A program made the translations under genes and the position numbers. From Macrostomum lignano (Eukaryota), in assembly GCA_002269645.1 (NCBI GenBank), contig NIVC01001797.1:62001-126000 (forward strand): a DNA stretch of 64,000 nt. The letters run 5' to 3'. Positions 47,750 through 61,510 of the stretch are shown piece after piece (the stretch's first letter is position 1; every line of letters starts with the position of its first letter). A model generated the notes under the pieces. That model worked only from the letters and a program-made list of their open reading frames with translations, was not told where the DNA came from and did no database searches.

Positions 47750-50700
47750 ATGGGCGCATCCTATACGCAGCAGCAGCCACCGCCTGACCTGCTGGCGTCA
47801 TCTGCGCCATTGCCTTCGGCGGCTTCCGCCTCTGCTGGCCCGGCGGCGTCCACTGCTGCTGCGGCGGCAGCATCGGGGACATCGCACCATCACATTCAGC
47901 AGCAGCGGCGCAAGGCCTCCTGCCCGAAGCTAGGCGAGAACATCGTGATGCTGATCTGCCTAAGCCGGGTGCGCCGGATGGGCGGCCGCTGGTACAGGGC
48001 CGTGTCTCACATGCGAACTGGGAAGAGGAAAAAGGAGAAAAAGCGACCGTATAGGCCGGCTGATTTTGATCGGATGACCGAGGCGTCTAATGCGGCTATG
48101 GTGAGCTGCGGTCTGGCTTATGCATACTGCATTTGTATAGCACTAGTTACTATAACGCTGAAATTCTGCTACATTCTGGTACTTGCTGGTTAATCATGGA
48201 GAATCGGCCTCTTAGTTACATAGAAAGCGCTCCCGTAGTAACTTGGAAAATCGCCGTCCTAATCACTGGAAAACCGCTCTCCTAATCACTGGAAAATCGC
48301 TCTTCTAATCACTGGAAAATCGCCTTCTTAATCACTGGAAAATCGCCTTCCTAATCACTGGAAAATCGCTCTCCTAATGACAGGAAAATCGCCCTCCTAA
48401 TCACTGGAAAATCGCCCTCCTAATCACTGGAAAATCGTCTTCCTAATCACTGGAAAATCGCTCTTCTAATCACTGGAAAATCGCTCTTCTATTCACTGGA
48501 AAATCGCTCTCCTATCACTGGAAAATCGCCTTCCTAATCACAGGAAAAACGCCTTCCTAATCACAGGAAAACCTCCTTCCTAATCACAGGAAAACCGCCT
48601 TCCTAATCACAGGAAAAACGCCTTCCTAATCACTGGAAAATCGCCTTCCTAATCACCCTCCAAAACACCTTTAAATTCATCATCGCGCAGCCTTCAGTTG
48701 ATCCCGATTCCCGACCCGAACTCGCCGCAGGACATGTCCGAGACGGACCTGGCCGAGATCGTTGCCAACCTATTAAAAAAGGTATTCAAAGAGATTCAAG
48801 ACGATTGCCGCGAGGCGTTCGTTCGAGCCTGGCTACGCGAAGACGACACCCGCTGCGTGCTGACCGTGCCGGACGGCAAGGGCAAGATGAAGCGAATTGA
48901 CGGATTGCGCGGCTCAGACAAGGTCTGGCGGCTCGACACCTTAGTTGCTATGCTGTACCACGGCGTACCTATGGACAGCACCGATACGGGACTTCTAGTG
49001 CACAGGTGCGAAGATGAATTGTGCGTTAATCCGCGTCATCTCAGCTTCCAATGCAGCCCGGCTATGATGGCCGTTGCCATGGAGATGCTGCACGTTGCCG
49101 GCTACGACGTGACGCCCAGGCTGGCGGCTGCCGCGGCTGCCGACCCGTCCGGTAACGGGCGCTACTTTCAATTCACCTCGCCCTTCACAGTGGACGTCAT
49201 CCGGCGGGAGATGAGCGGTGAGTTGAAGCCATTGCTTAATCCTCAAGTCCCTCAGTGAGGCCACCGGCTTCCCTCAGGCCCCTCAGTGAGGCCTCCGGTT
49301 TCCCTCAGACCCCTCAGTGAGGCCTCCGGCTTCCCTCAGACCCCTCAGTGAGGCCTCCGGCTTCCCTCAGACCCCTCAGTGAGGCCTCCGGCTTCCCTCA
49401 GACCCCTCAGTGACGCCACCGGCTTCCCTCAGACCCCTCAGTGAGGCCTCCGGCTTCCCTCAGACCCCTCAGTGAGGCCTCCGGCTTCCCTCAGACCCCT
49501 CAGTGAGGCTACCGGCTTCCCTCAGACCCCTCAGTGAGGCCTCCGGCTTCCCTCAGACCCTCAGTGAGGCTACCGGCTTCCCTCAGACCCCTCAGTGAGG
49601 CTACCGGCTTCCCTCAGACCCCTCAGTGAGGCCTCCGGCTTCTTTCAGACCCCTCAGTGAGGCCACCGGCTTCCCTCAGACCCCTCAGTGAGGCCTCCGG
49701 CTTCCCTCAGACCCTCAGTGAGGCCTCCGGCTTCCCTCAGACCCCTCAGTGAGGCCACCGGCTTCCCTCAGACCCCTCAGTGAGGCCTCCGGCTTCCCTC
49801 AGACCCTCAGTGAGGCCTCCGGCTTCCGTCAGACCCTCAGTGAGGCCTCCGGCTTCCCTCAGACCCCTCAGTGAGGCCACCGGCTTCCCTCAGACCCCTC
49901 AGTGAGGCCACCGGCTTCCCTCAGACCCCTCAGTGAGGCCTCCGGCTTCCCTCAGACCCTCAGTGAGGCCTCCGGCTTCCCTCAGACCCCTCAGTGAGGC
50001 TACCGGCTTCCCTCAGACCCTCAGTGAGGCCTCCGGCTTCCCTCAGACCCTCAGTGAGGCCTCCGGCTTCCCCCAGACCCCTCAGTGAGGCCTCCGGCTT
50101 CCCTCAGACCCCTCAGTGAGGCCACCGGCTTCCCTCAGACCCCTCAGTGAGGCCTCCGGCTTCCGTCAGACCCCTCAGTGAGGCCTCCGGCTTCCCTCAG
50201 ACCCCTCAGTGAGGCCACCGGCTTCCCTCAGACCCCTCAGTGAGGCCACCGGCTTCCCTCAGACCCCTCAGTGAGGCCTCCGGCTTCCGTCAGACCCCTC
50301 AGTGAGGCCTCCGGCTTCCGTCAGACCCATCAGTGAGGCCTCCGGCTTCCCTCAGACCCTAAACCCGAATTCTGCATTGTCACAGTATTAACACTACATG
50401 TATACGCGTCCTTAGCCAAATTTATAGCAAAGGAGTGTAGGACTCTCGCTTTTATTCTTTGTTATAAATCATTGGCTATAGCGTGTGAACTAGCGGCACA
50501 CCAAGGGGTGACAGGCATTGTGCTTAGGAAAAGCGCATACTCAAAAGGGTAGGCTAGGTAACTTTTTTTAGAAAAAATACCTGACGCTAGCATTTCAGCA
50601 GGTGTAATATAACCGCCGCTAACGTTTCTATAGGCGGTATAAACACACAATTCCTGTTATTGCGGAACGGTTTGACTGTGTGGGTGAGGTGCGAGTTTAG

Positions 50701-53700
50701 CAGCTTTTTTAAGACTGTCGCATACCTGGCTCACTCGCGCCTTTCTCACTTGATTGACCTCTGCCCCCCTTCTTCCATTCCCCGCTCCCGACTTCATTGA
50801 CCTCCCTATAGCTGGCCTGCAGGTCAAGACTCGAGTCAAATATTTTTATTGCTTTATCTTTTTTGTTCGTTTGCCACAGCTTTAACCGAAGGTATTAGCG
50901 CGGTTAACAATGCTTGGGTAGTTTTTTTGCATAGCGGCCTCTTTATTCGAATCTTACTCTATCGATTTTTTTCTTCTCTCTCTTTGTCCCCATTGTGCTC
51001 CCATGCCCAGGTTTAATTGAACTTTCTCTGAGGGGATTTCAGCCGGCCGTTTCTGAGTAACTAACTCATCTTTGTTCCCATTTCTAAGCGGACTAATCTG
51101 TTGAAGCTTTCAGTCTCTTTAAACACCGAGTTTAGCACCATTTAAAACACTGAGTTTAGTGCCCCCCAAACACAGTTTATCACCCTTTAAACACGGAGTT
51201 TAGCGCCCTTTTAACAGAGTTTAGCGCCATTTAAACACCGAGTTTAGCGCATTTTAAACACTGCGTTAAACACCCTTTAAACACCGAGTTTAGCGCATTT
51301 TAAACACTGCGTTAAACACCCTTTAAACACCGAGTTTAGCACCATTTTAGACACTGAGTTTAGTGCCCTCCAAACACAGTTTATCACCCTTTAAACACCG
51401 AGTTTAGCACCATTTTAAACACTGAGTTTAGTGCCCTCCAAACACAGTTTATCACCCTTTAAACACCGAGTTTAGCACCATTTTAAACACTGAGTTTAGT
51501 GCCCTCCAAACACAGTTTATCACCCTTTAAACACCGAGTTTAGCGCCCTTTAAACAGAGTTTAGCGCCATTTAAACACCGAGTTTAGCGCATTTTAAACA
51601 CTGCGTTAAACACCCTTACAACACCGAGTTTAGCACCATTTTAGACACTGAGTTTAGTGCCCTCCAAACACAGTTTATCACCCTTTAAACACGGAGTTTA
51701 GCGCCCTTTAAACGGAGTTTAGCGCCATTTAAACACCGAGTTTAGCGCATTTTAAACACTGCGTTAAACACCCTTTAAACACCGAGTTTAGCGCATTTTA
51801 AACACTGCGTTAAACACCCTTTAAACACCGAGTTTAGCACCATTTTAGACACTGAGTTTAGTGCCCTCCAAACACAGTTTATCACCCTTTAAACACGGAG
51901 TTTAGCGCCCTTTTAACAGAGTTTAGCGCCCTTTAAACAGAGTTTAGCGCCCTTTAAACAGAGTTTAGCGCCCTTTAAACAGAGTTTAGCGCCATTTAAA
52001 CACCGAGTTTAGCGCATTTTAAACACTGCGTTAAACACCCTTTAAACACCGAGTTTAGCACCATTTTAAACACTGAGTTTAGTGCCCTCCAAACACAGTT
52101 TATCACCCTTTAAACATGGAGTTTAGCGCCCTTTAAACAGAGTTTAGCGCCATTTAAACACCGAGTTTAGCGCATTTTAAACACTTCGTTAAACACCCTT
52201 TAAACACCGAGTTTAGCGCATTTTAAACAGTGCGTTAAACACCCTTTAAACACCGAGTTTAGCACCATTTTAGACACTGAGTTTAGTGCCCTCCAAACAC
52301 AGTTTATCACCCTTTTAACACGGAGTTTAGCGCCCTTTAAACACGGAGTTTAGCGCCCTTTAAACAGAGTTTAGCGCCCTTTAAACAGAGTTTAGCGCCC
52401 TTTAAACAGAGTTTAGCGCCCTTTAAACAGAGTTTAGCGCCCTTTAAACAGAGTTTAGCGCCCTTTAAACAGAGTTTAGCGCCCTTTAAACAGAGTTTAG
52501 CGCCCTTTAAACAGAGTTTAGCGCCCTTTAAACAGAGTTTAGCGCCCTTTAAACAGAGTTTAGCGCCCTTTAAACGGAGTTTAGCGCCCTTTAAACAGAG
52601 TTTAGCGCCATTTAAACACTGAGTTTAGTGCCCTCCAAACACAGTTTATCACCCTTTAAACATGGAGTTTAGCGCCCTTTAAACAGAGTTTAGCGCCCTT
52701 TAAACAGAGTTTAGCGCCCTTTAAACGGAGTTTAGCGCCCTTTAAACAGAGTTTAGCGCCATTTAAACACCGAGTTTAGCGCTCTTTAAACACAGAATTT
52801 AGTGCCTATTTAAACCAATAGTGTAGCACCCTTTTTCAACACCCGGGTTTAGCAGGCGCCAAGAACCACCAATATTAGGGCTTATAAAACAGCAAGCGTG
52901 CTAAAGAAAATTGGCCAATATTATAGTGCTGACTGGCCATTTTCCTAGCTCTGTATTTCTGCGCCACCCCTCCCCCCCCGCGGCTGACCCCCATGACTTG
53001 GCTGGCCACGCTGGCTGCATGACAAACCAAATATGGAAGGCAGTTATAGAAAAGCAGCTTGGATGTAGAAAATGGGTTAGTGCAGACTCCCAGTGTCAGT
53101 TATCACTTGCCCCCTTAACTGGACTGTTTCCTGGCAACTGCGTTTTGCAAAGCCTGATATTGCGCGTGCATATTGCACTACTGTATCTGCATGCTGAATT
53201 CTTATCTATGCTGGTTTGAAACCTGATGGCTTAAAATATATTATATACAATTTCTACCTGACATTAGTCTGACACAAGGATATCGTTTAAGGGTATTTTG
53301 GGATACGCAGGTTTCTATTGCATAGCAGATATTGTAGCTTGATTGAATTGCATCTTAAGTATAAAAATATCGTATGAAAATTTTTACTATCAAACTTCCT
53401 TCCTTAAAAATCTTACCAATCTCACGCTGTGAATCTCCCTTGTCTCACTAAGAATCTCACCAATCTCATGCTAAGAATCTCACCAATCTCATGCTAAGAA
53501 TCTCCCCAATCTCACGCTAAGAATCTCCCCGATCTCACGCTAAGAATCTCCCGATCTCACGCTATGAATCTCCCAATCTCACGCTGTGAATCTCCCAATC
53601 TCACGCTATGAATCTCCCTAATCTCGCGCTGTGAATCTCCCTAATCTCACGCTGATAATCTCCCCAATGTCACGCTATGAATCCCCAATGTCACGCTGTG

Positions 53701-54286
53701 AATCTCCCCAATCTCACGCTATGAATCTCCCCAATATCACGCTGTGAATCTCCCTTGCCTCATTGAGAATCTCCCTTGCCTCACTGAGAATCTCCCCAAT
53801 CTCACGCTGAGAATCTCACCAATCTCACCAATCTCACGGTGAGAATCTCACCAATCTCACGGTGAGAATCTCACCAATCTCACGGTGAGAATCTCACCAA
53901 TATCACGGTGAGAATCTCACCAATCTCACGCTGAGAATCTCCCCAATCTCACGCTGAGAATCTCCTTTACCTCACTGAGAATCGCCTTCATCTCACCAAA
54001 ATCTTACCAGTACCTCACTGACATCGCCCAGACGCCTTCACCCTACACCCCACCCCAATTCCAGAGTCCATGGCGCTGCCGAGGTCGGTGCTGGACCGCT
54101 ATCAACTATCAACCGACGACGCGGCCTACGTGCAGGACAATTTTCCGGAGACCATGTCCACCTACAGGCGGCTGCTTGCAGGCGACGGCGGCGGCGGCAG
54201 CTCCGGCTCCGTCAGCAGAGCTTCAACTGTCGGCGCTGCCGGATCAGATGTCAGCAGTACTGCAGGCATCGGTGGATCTGTACAGC

Positions 54287-54326
<40 letters not shown>

Positions 54327-57084
54327 AGACCGATCCTTTCTAGCCTCATTGTCCTCATCTGCGGCCGGCCTGTTGCTCAAATCCGAGGCCGTGTCTCCGG
54401 CTTCGTGCAGTTCCGCCTCGGCCACGCCAAGCTCTGCCGCTTCAGCCGGCGGCGGCGGCGGCGTCAAACGGCCGCCGTCAGAGTCGCCAACTAACGCGCA
54501 GATGCCGTTTAAAAAGCGCAGACCAATGAGCAGTACGGATTTTACTCCCGCGGCTGCAGTCTCCGGATCTGTTTACGGAGCTGCGGTCTGCGCTGCTGGA
54601 TTCACTCCAATTACTAGTGAGTGCTAACTGCTCTGCTCAGTTTCTCTTCCCCTCGGTATTTGGACCTGTGTCTTCCCCTCTGTGTCTTCCCCTTCTGTCT
54701 CCCCCTTCTGTCTTCCCCTCTGTGTCTTCCCTTCTGTCTTCCCCTTCTGTGTCTTCCCCTCTGTGTCCTCCCCTTCTGTCTTCCCCTTCTGTCTTCCCCT
54801 CTGCGTCTTCCCCTTCTGTCTTCCCCTTCTGTCTTCCCCTTCTGTCTTCCCCTTCTGTCTTCCCCTTCTGTCTTCCCCTCTGTGTCTTCCCCTTCTGTCT
54901 TCCCCTTCTGTCTTCCCCTTCTGTCTTCCCCTTCTGTCTTCCCCTCTGTGTCTTCCCCTTCTGTCTTCCCCTTCTGTCTTCCCCTTCTGTCTTCCCCTTC
55001 TGTCTTCCCCTTCTGTCTTCCCTTCTGTCTTCCCCTCTGTGTCTTCCCCTTCTGTCTTCCCCTTCTGTCTTCCCTCTGTGTCTTCCCCTTCTGTCTTCCC
55101 CTCTGTGTCTTCCCCTTCTGTCTTCCCCTTCTGTCTTCCCCTCTGTGTCTTCCCCTTCTGTCTTCCCCTTCTGTCTTCCCTCTGTGTCTTCCTTTCTGTG
55201 TCTTCTCCTCTGTGTCTTCCTTTCTGTGTCTTCCCCTCTGTGTCTTCCCCTTTGTGTCTTCCCCTTCTGTCTTCCCCTCTGTGTCTTCCCCTCTGTGTCT
55301 TCCCCTTTGTGTCTTCCCCTTCTGTCTTCCCCTCTGTGTCTTCCCCTTTGTGTCTTCTCCTCTGTATCTTCCCCTTTGTGTCTTCTCCTCTGTGTCTTCC
55401 TTTCTGTGTCTTTCCCTCTGTTTCTTCCTTTCTGTGTCTTCCCCTCTGTGTCTTCCTTTCTGTGCCTTCCCCTCTGTCTTCCCCTCCGTGTCTTCCCCTC
55501 TGTGTCTCGCCCTCTGTGTCTTCCCCTTCTACGTCATCACCTTCTGTGCCTCCCCCTTCTCTGTCTTCCCCTTGCAGTCTTCACTCCTGTGTTCCACCTC
55601 TGTGCCTGCATGTATCCCAATTCCAGCTCTTTGAACTTTTTAAGACAATTTTTACGAACTGAAATACCTTCACAAATGCATATAATTTGATTAAAATTTA
55701 AGGCGCCCTCTTCGATCGGCGGCCTTCAAGCGACGAGGGCGACGCCGCCAAACTGGGCGCCAGTTCCGCCGGTCAGCCGCCACCTTTGCCGCCTCCTCCG
55801 GCGCCGCCGCCGCTGCCGTCGCACCAGCTGCAGCAACAGCAGTCTCAGTCGCATTTCGATTCGCACCACCAGAGCCACACTGAGGACGAAATAGCCGAGA
55901 TTAACCGGCCCGCTGTGGCCGCGGACGCCGCTGACGAGCGCGAAGCTGCCGCTACGCTGTGCGCCTTGCGGAATTCGCCTATTTGTGTGAGTTGCTTACT
56001 TTCTATTTTGCAGAAAGATTTGAGTATGGTAGCTTTGGTTCCCCGATTCTGATTCCCCATCCCAGCCTCATCCCGATTCTGCATCCCAGCCTCATCCCGA
56101 TTCTCCATCCCAGCCTCATCCCGATTCTCCATCCCAGCCTCATCCCGATTCCCCATCCCAGCCTCATCCCGATTCTCCATCCCAGCCTCATTTCGATTCC
56201 GCATCATGCTCGTCCGCTGTCATCTCTGTGACCCGCAGCCCGGTGAGTACTATTCAGTATTCTCTGAGGGCCGCCTCGCCTCCGTAGCCTCAGGCGCCTC
56301 AAATGTCGCTTCTTCGGCGGGCGCAATGCCGGCGCCGCCGTTGCCGCGCCCTCGGCCGCTGTTGCAACGCGTCGACGGCACCCTGGCCGAGCGGGACCAC
56401 GCCGCAACCGCAGCGGCCGCCGGCTCGTCGTCAAACCCGTCGGAAAGCATGACGACATCATCGATGTCGCTGCAGTCAATGTCGTCGTATTCCTCTTCGT
56501 CATCGTCAATATTTATGCCGTCGGTTCAGGCCGCGGTGTCGCACACCGGCGTGTTCCGGCCGATTCTGCCGCCGTCGGCATCAGCCGCTCTCTACTGGCA
56601 GGGCAGCGGCGGAAGCGGCGGCGGAGGCGGCGCCGCAGCGATGCGGGGCTCCACGACGCCAGTGGGCCAGAGTCCCCTAATCGCCGGCCGCAACGATACG
56701 CCAACTGCGATCCGGCTGATATTGGAGATGCAGAGCTCGCAGAGCGGCGGCGGAGGAAGCGGCGGTGGCGCCGGTGGCGCAGGCGACGCGGCTGTTTCCG
56801 CTGCCGGCGCTGCGCGTCGTCTTCAATCGTCGGCTGCTGGCGTGGCGCCAAGCGTCGATCAGTTCGAGCACATGCTGCGAGCGACCACTGGCGCCACGCC
56901 CACCTGGCCCTACGCGACAGGAGTTGGTGGCAGCGGCGGCGGCAGTGGCACCGAAAGCAGCCCGGTGAAGCAGCTCTACACCGCTGCGTCGGCAACTGCC
57001 GCTGCAGCGTCGGCGGCTTCGACATCCGCAGCCAAGTTGAAGTCTTCGCAGGCGTCGGCAGAGGAACAGCGCCGAGTGCATTGA
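47750..57084 (+). CDS. NFI: Nuclear factor I (CTF/NFI) family transcription factor, divergent; exons 47750-48100, 48698-49217, 54065-54616, 55703-55986, 56239-57084; about 850 aa
   Basis: [44 protein letters not shown] matches NFI [45 protein letters not shown]. Junction phases 0,1,1,0 are compatible. The C-terminus is Ser/Ala/Gln/Pro-rich. Confidence 0.85.
48255..48655. repeat. 23-bp minisatellite CTAATCACTGGAAAATCGCCTTC (NFI intron 1)
   Basis: Period 23 measured. Confidence 0.95.
49250..50360. repeat. 30/31-bp minisatellite CCCCTCAGTGAGGCCTCCGGCTTCCCTCAGA (NFI intron 2)
   Basis: Period 31 measured at 49321/49352. Confidence 0.97.
51120..52830. repeat. Higher-order repeat built from 18-26-bp TTTAAACA..GAGTTTAG subunits
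   Basis: Recurring ordered subunits plus a homogeneous run of the 21-mer TTTAAACAGAGTTTAGCGCCC. Confidence 0.93.
53440..53990. repeat. About 22-bp degenerate minisatellite AATCTCACGCTGAGAATCTCCCC
   Basis: Directly visible. Confidence 0.9.
54670..55600. repeat. Pyrimidine-rich ~13-bp repeat CTTCCCCTTCTGT (NFI intron 3)
   Basis: Directly visible; source of three ~340-aa spurious ORFs. Confidence 0.95.
56050..56190. repeat. 24-bp tandem CATCCCAGCCTCATCCCGATTCTC (NFI intron 4)
   Basis: About 6 units. Confidence 0.92.
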
Positions 57085-58189
57085 CAACCGGGGGGGGGGG
57101 GGGTCCTCGGGCGCACGAAAATGAATCAAAACAATGATCTAATAAGCAAACTAGGAGATTTTTAGTGGACATTGGAACCTGCAGAATCAAGGACTGCGAT
57201 AGATACTGCATCCTATCCATGGTTCGATTCCACTATTAATTTGGCCGGGGGGGGGGGGTGGTCGTTCGATTCACAGCTCTGAGGTCCAACAGACAGTCTA
57301 CATGCCTGCCGTTAGAAAGTCAGGGTCGCTGTACATCCTGTGTGAGCTGTGTGTGTGCCAGCGTGCAGTATTGGCGAAATAGGGCTTGTACAGAGAAATG
57401 TGACGCACCTGTGCACTTGTCAATCAATGCCCAATCTTCTAGTCAGCTGTGAGGCGTCTCTCATTCTCCCTGTAATTGTAATGCAGAAATGAGTTTGCTT
57501 TTGAATGTTTAAACGCTATTGAAATATAATTATTAATTATTGCTATTAGTGTTACTGGCCAAGCCAGGTATTGCTATAATATTAATTTTACCTATTAATT
57601 AGTACTTTATATTACTAGTCCGATAATTTTTTCTTGGCTCTCTTCTCATTATTTACATTCGTATTATGAGCAAAATTTATAATCTGTGCATTAATTTGTT
57701 TTATTATAATCATGTCAAGCTCATTTATTGTTAATTTAATCATTCATTGCTGCAATAGTTTGAATTTTAATTTTATTATTTTTTTACAAATACGACCCAA
57801 CGCTCAAATTAAACTGTACAGTAGTATGCAGTAGTATGCGTCAAGTTTTGCCTTAAAATTAATATTATTATATTGCAAATAATAACATTACGCCTGTTCA
57901 ATGATGAGGATGTTCCAGCTTTTTTAACTTGTTGCCTTTCTATTAGCTTTAGCTGCTGCTAGTTAAAGAATTTCAGTTTTTGCTCGTAAAACCGCTCGTA
58001 AAAGATTGCCGCCAAAAATATTGTCTTGAAATAATTTTTTGTCTTCAAAAATCCAATTGAAAATAGAAGTTTAATGACATTTTTGCTTGCAGTCTACGAG
58101 TCAAAAAAGCATCCCAATCAAATTCTGCTCGATTTAGGACGTCCTTTAGATACTACTTAAAGTAAATAAACCTAGTGCCAATCATCTCA

Positions 58190-58525
58190 GAATGAGAATC
58201 CCCATCACTAATATAATATTGGAATCCTGACCCCATCCCTAGTTTAAATTAGGATCCTCATTCCCCATCCCTAATACAATATTAGCATCCCCATCACTAA
58301 TATTAGAATCCCCATCACTAATATTAGAATCCCCATCACTAATATTAGAATCCCCATCACTAATATTAGAATCCCCATCACTAATATTAGAATCCCCATC
58401 CCTAATACAATATTAGCATCCCCATCGCTAATAATAAAATCCCCAACGCTAATATTAAAATCCCCATCACTAATATTAGAATCCCCATCACTAATATTAG
58501 AATCCCATCACTAATATTAGAACCC
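58190..58525. repeat. 21-bp minisatellite CTAATATTAGAATCCCCATCA
   Basis: Each unit carries the palindrome CTAATATTAG. Confidence 0.9.
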
Positions 58526-60324
58526 CCAAATCGACACTGAGATCGTTGATGTTATAATTTGATCAGAATAATGATGAATACTGATATTTCCATTTGATTA
58601 TTTTCATAAGTGCTTCAACTCGTAAACAGCTGGTTCAGTAAGCTTGTTTTCGAAGTAATGTGTGCTCACTGGATATTAATTTACTCTTAGAGTTGCCAAT
58701 TACCGATAGAGTTTTGTCCCGTTAGTCTTTATGGAACTCTGTTTCGTTTTTTGTTTATAAAAAAATTAGCAAAATATCCCTTTAAATTAATGAACCAGCC
58801 AAGCTGCTCAGATATATGTTTTTTTTAATTCTTTACAGCTAAAATATTTTGTTTGTGTGTTTTTATAAATTTATGTTCGTTTAATTTGTTCTGCTACTCG
58901 ATAAAAAACACCCCTATTAAACACCTTTAACAGCAATTATAAACTTCCTTGATAAACAGCCGGACCGAACAGCCTCTAAGCAGGCACTTTATACTCGTAG
59001 AATATATAAACAGTTTTAATAAACACTAATAGGTTTTATAAACACCTTGTATAGAATCTGTAAACAGGCTCAATAAACACCCCCAAGAGCCTCTATAAAG
59101 ATACAATTTAGAGTCCGTAAACAGACTTAATGAAGACCCTAAATAGCCTCAATGCCTTCATTAAACAACATAGTCAAAATAAACACCCTTAACGAGCACC
59201 TATATAAACAGCCTTATTGCCCAGCCAATCCATGCCTTCTCAAACTGTGTCTTGATTCTCGAGCACTCTTCTGTTCTAAACCAACTTTATTAGGCATTTA
59301 TTAACAATCCATTTGTCGCTAGCAGTAGTCAGCGGCGCGCATCTCGTCTGTATTTGTTCTCCCGTTTTTTCTCGAAAAACTGCAATTATTTTGTTTAAAA
59401 AAATTTAATTATTGACTGAAGCGCCTTGAGTTGCTTGAAATCGGATAAACTGTAAATAAAAGTATTTGACAAAATTCGCAGATTTCTAATCAGCTGTGTT
59501 CCATCGATTCGCGCCCTTATCTTTATTATCCAATAAACTGTGCTCACACACGTTTTACCGCCAGTCGCCGCTTTTTGTGTTATCTGTCCGTCTGCGTGCC
59601 TATTTAAAAGTTTATTGCGCTAATTATTACCTGTCTATAGTTTTTATTCTTTTTTTCTCAATTTTACTGCCCAAATTAAAATCGCATGCCATTAGGTGGC
59701 TTTTTATTCTTTTAAATATACTTTTTATACTACTGCTAAAGTGAAAGTAAGTTAGTAGTATGGGATGATTATATAAAGCGTCAATTTCTAGAAATGTTTT
59801 GAATAATCTTTGCTAGAACTGAAATTAGTAATTGATTCGTGTTATTTTGCTTGTCTGTTCAGCTTTAAGCGTTCCCAGCTTTGGTATATTAATTCAAGTT
59901 TTCAAATTTGGCTGATGTATATTAATTATGCACACGCGATTAACTACTTTTTATTCCTCTCAGTGCCTATAAAATATTATATTCAAGCGATGCTACTAAC
60001 AGTATCAACTGCTCAGTAATTGCAGCTTTTGATGTACACAAACATTTTAAATTTAATTGTACACAATGTATTTTTATTTCGTGTTTTTATTTGTTCATAG
60101 GTTTCGGATCAATTTAATCGTTCAAATAAGCAGCTTCATCAACTTATACCGGCGTGCGTGATGCTGAGTTTGGTGCCAATTAACCTGTTAATTGCTGTTG
60201 CTTGCATCGAATTTCACTTTGCCATAGTACCTGAACAATGAACTCTGCTCATTTGTTTTGCGAACTGCTATCTTTGGCGCTGTAAAATCCGACTTTATAA
60301 ATGTGCTCAACTTGTGTTCGATTA

Positions 60325-60528
60325 GCTGCAATGATGCGGTCCGGTTCTCATTCAGCTGCAATGATGCGGTCCAGTTCTCATTCAGCTGCAATGATGCGGT
60401 CTAGTTCTCATTCAGCTGCAATGATGCGGTCCAGTTCTCATTCAGTTGCAATGATGCGGTCCAGTTCTCATTCAGCTGCAATGATGCGGTCCAGTTCTCA
60501 TTCAGCTGCAATGATGCGGTCCAGTTCT
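60325..60528. repeat. 30-bp minisatellite with AATGATGCGGTCCAGT core
   Basis: About 7 units with period 30. Confidence 0.95.
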
Positions 60529-61074
60529 CCCCTGTACAAATCTACTCTATTCTCTGCTGAGTGTTCGCCTCGGTTCAATTCTAGTCTGCGCGCTTGTCTA
60601 ATATTAGCGAGTATTTTAGCGTATCAAGAGTTTTCCTTTGTTTAAAGCTGCATGTCAGATACCACAGGGATCCTGTGTTTTCGTATTTATATACACATAT
60701 GCTCATCTAATGCATATTATAGCGAATACCTTTCTATTACTATTCTAACGTAACTATTAATAAGTGTTTGTTTTACCTACAAATATTCATTGCCTATAAA
60801 TATATAAATATAAAACGTGTAAGCCATGTCTAATTGTGTGCTTAGTAATTCGATACAGACTTTGTCTTGTGTGAATAAAAAAGGAAACAATATATACTTC
60901 TGCACAGTTTGTACTTCTGGATGAAAGCGATTATGATGGACGAGAAAAAAACTACATAGGAAGATTAACGAATAGAGGAGGGAGATTATGAGATAAAGAG
61001 AGTGGCTGAGATGATAATAGAAAGAAAAAAGTCTGTATGAATGGACAGGTACGAGCAAATATCAAAGCAGCGAA

Positions 61075-61510
61075 CAAGAGATGAACAGAGGGGTTGAGAG
61101 ATGAGCAGAGAGGCTGGGAGATGAACAGAGGGGGTGAGAGATGAACATTGGGGTGAGAGATGAACAGAGAGGCTGAGAGATGAACAGAGAGGCTGAGAGT
61201 GAACAGAGGGGGTGAGAGTGAACAGAGAGGCTGAGAGTGAACAGAGAGGCTGAGAGGTGAACAGAGAGGCTGAGAGATGAACAGAGGGGGTGAGAGTGAA
61301 CAGAGAGGCTGAGAGTGAACAGAGAGGCTGAGAGGTGAACAGAGAGGCTGAGAGATGAACAGAGGGGGTGAGAGATGAACAGAGGGGGTGAGAGTGAACA
61401 GAGAGGAGAGAGGCTGAGAGTGAACAGAGAGGCTGAGAGGTGAACAGAGAGGCTGAGGTGAACAGAGAGGCTGAGAGTGAACAGAGAGGCTGAGAGTGAA
61501 CAGAGAGGGA
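61075..61510. repeat. Purine-rich 18-20-bp repeat GAACAGAGAGGCTGAGAGT
   Basis: Directly visible. Confidence 0.92.

Noticed and set aside
54617-55690. Three ~340-aa Pro/Ser/Cys ORFs
   Set aside because: CT-rich array inside NFI intron 3.
57170-57235. B-box-like GGTTCGATTCC (tRNA or SINE)
   Set aside because: No A box or cloverleaf stems were found.
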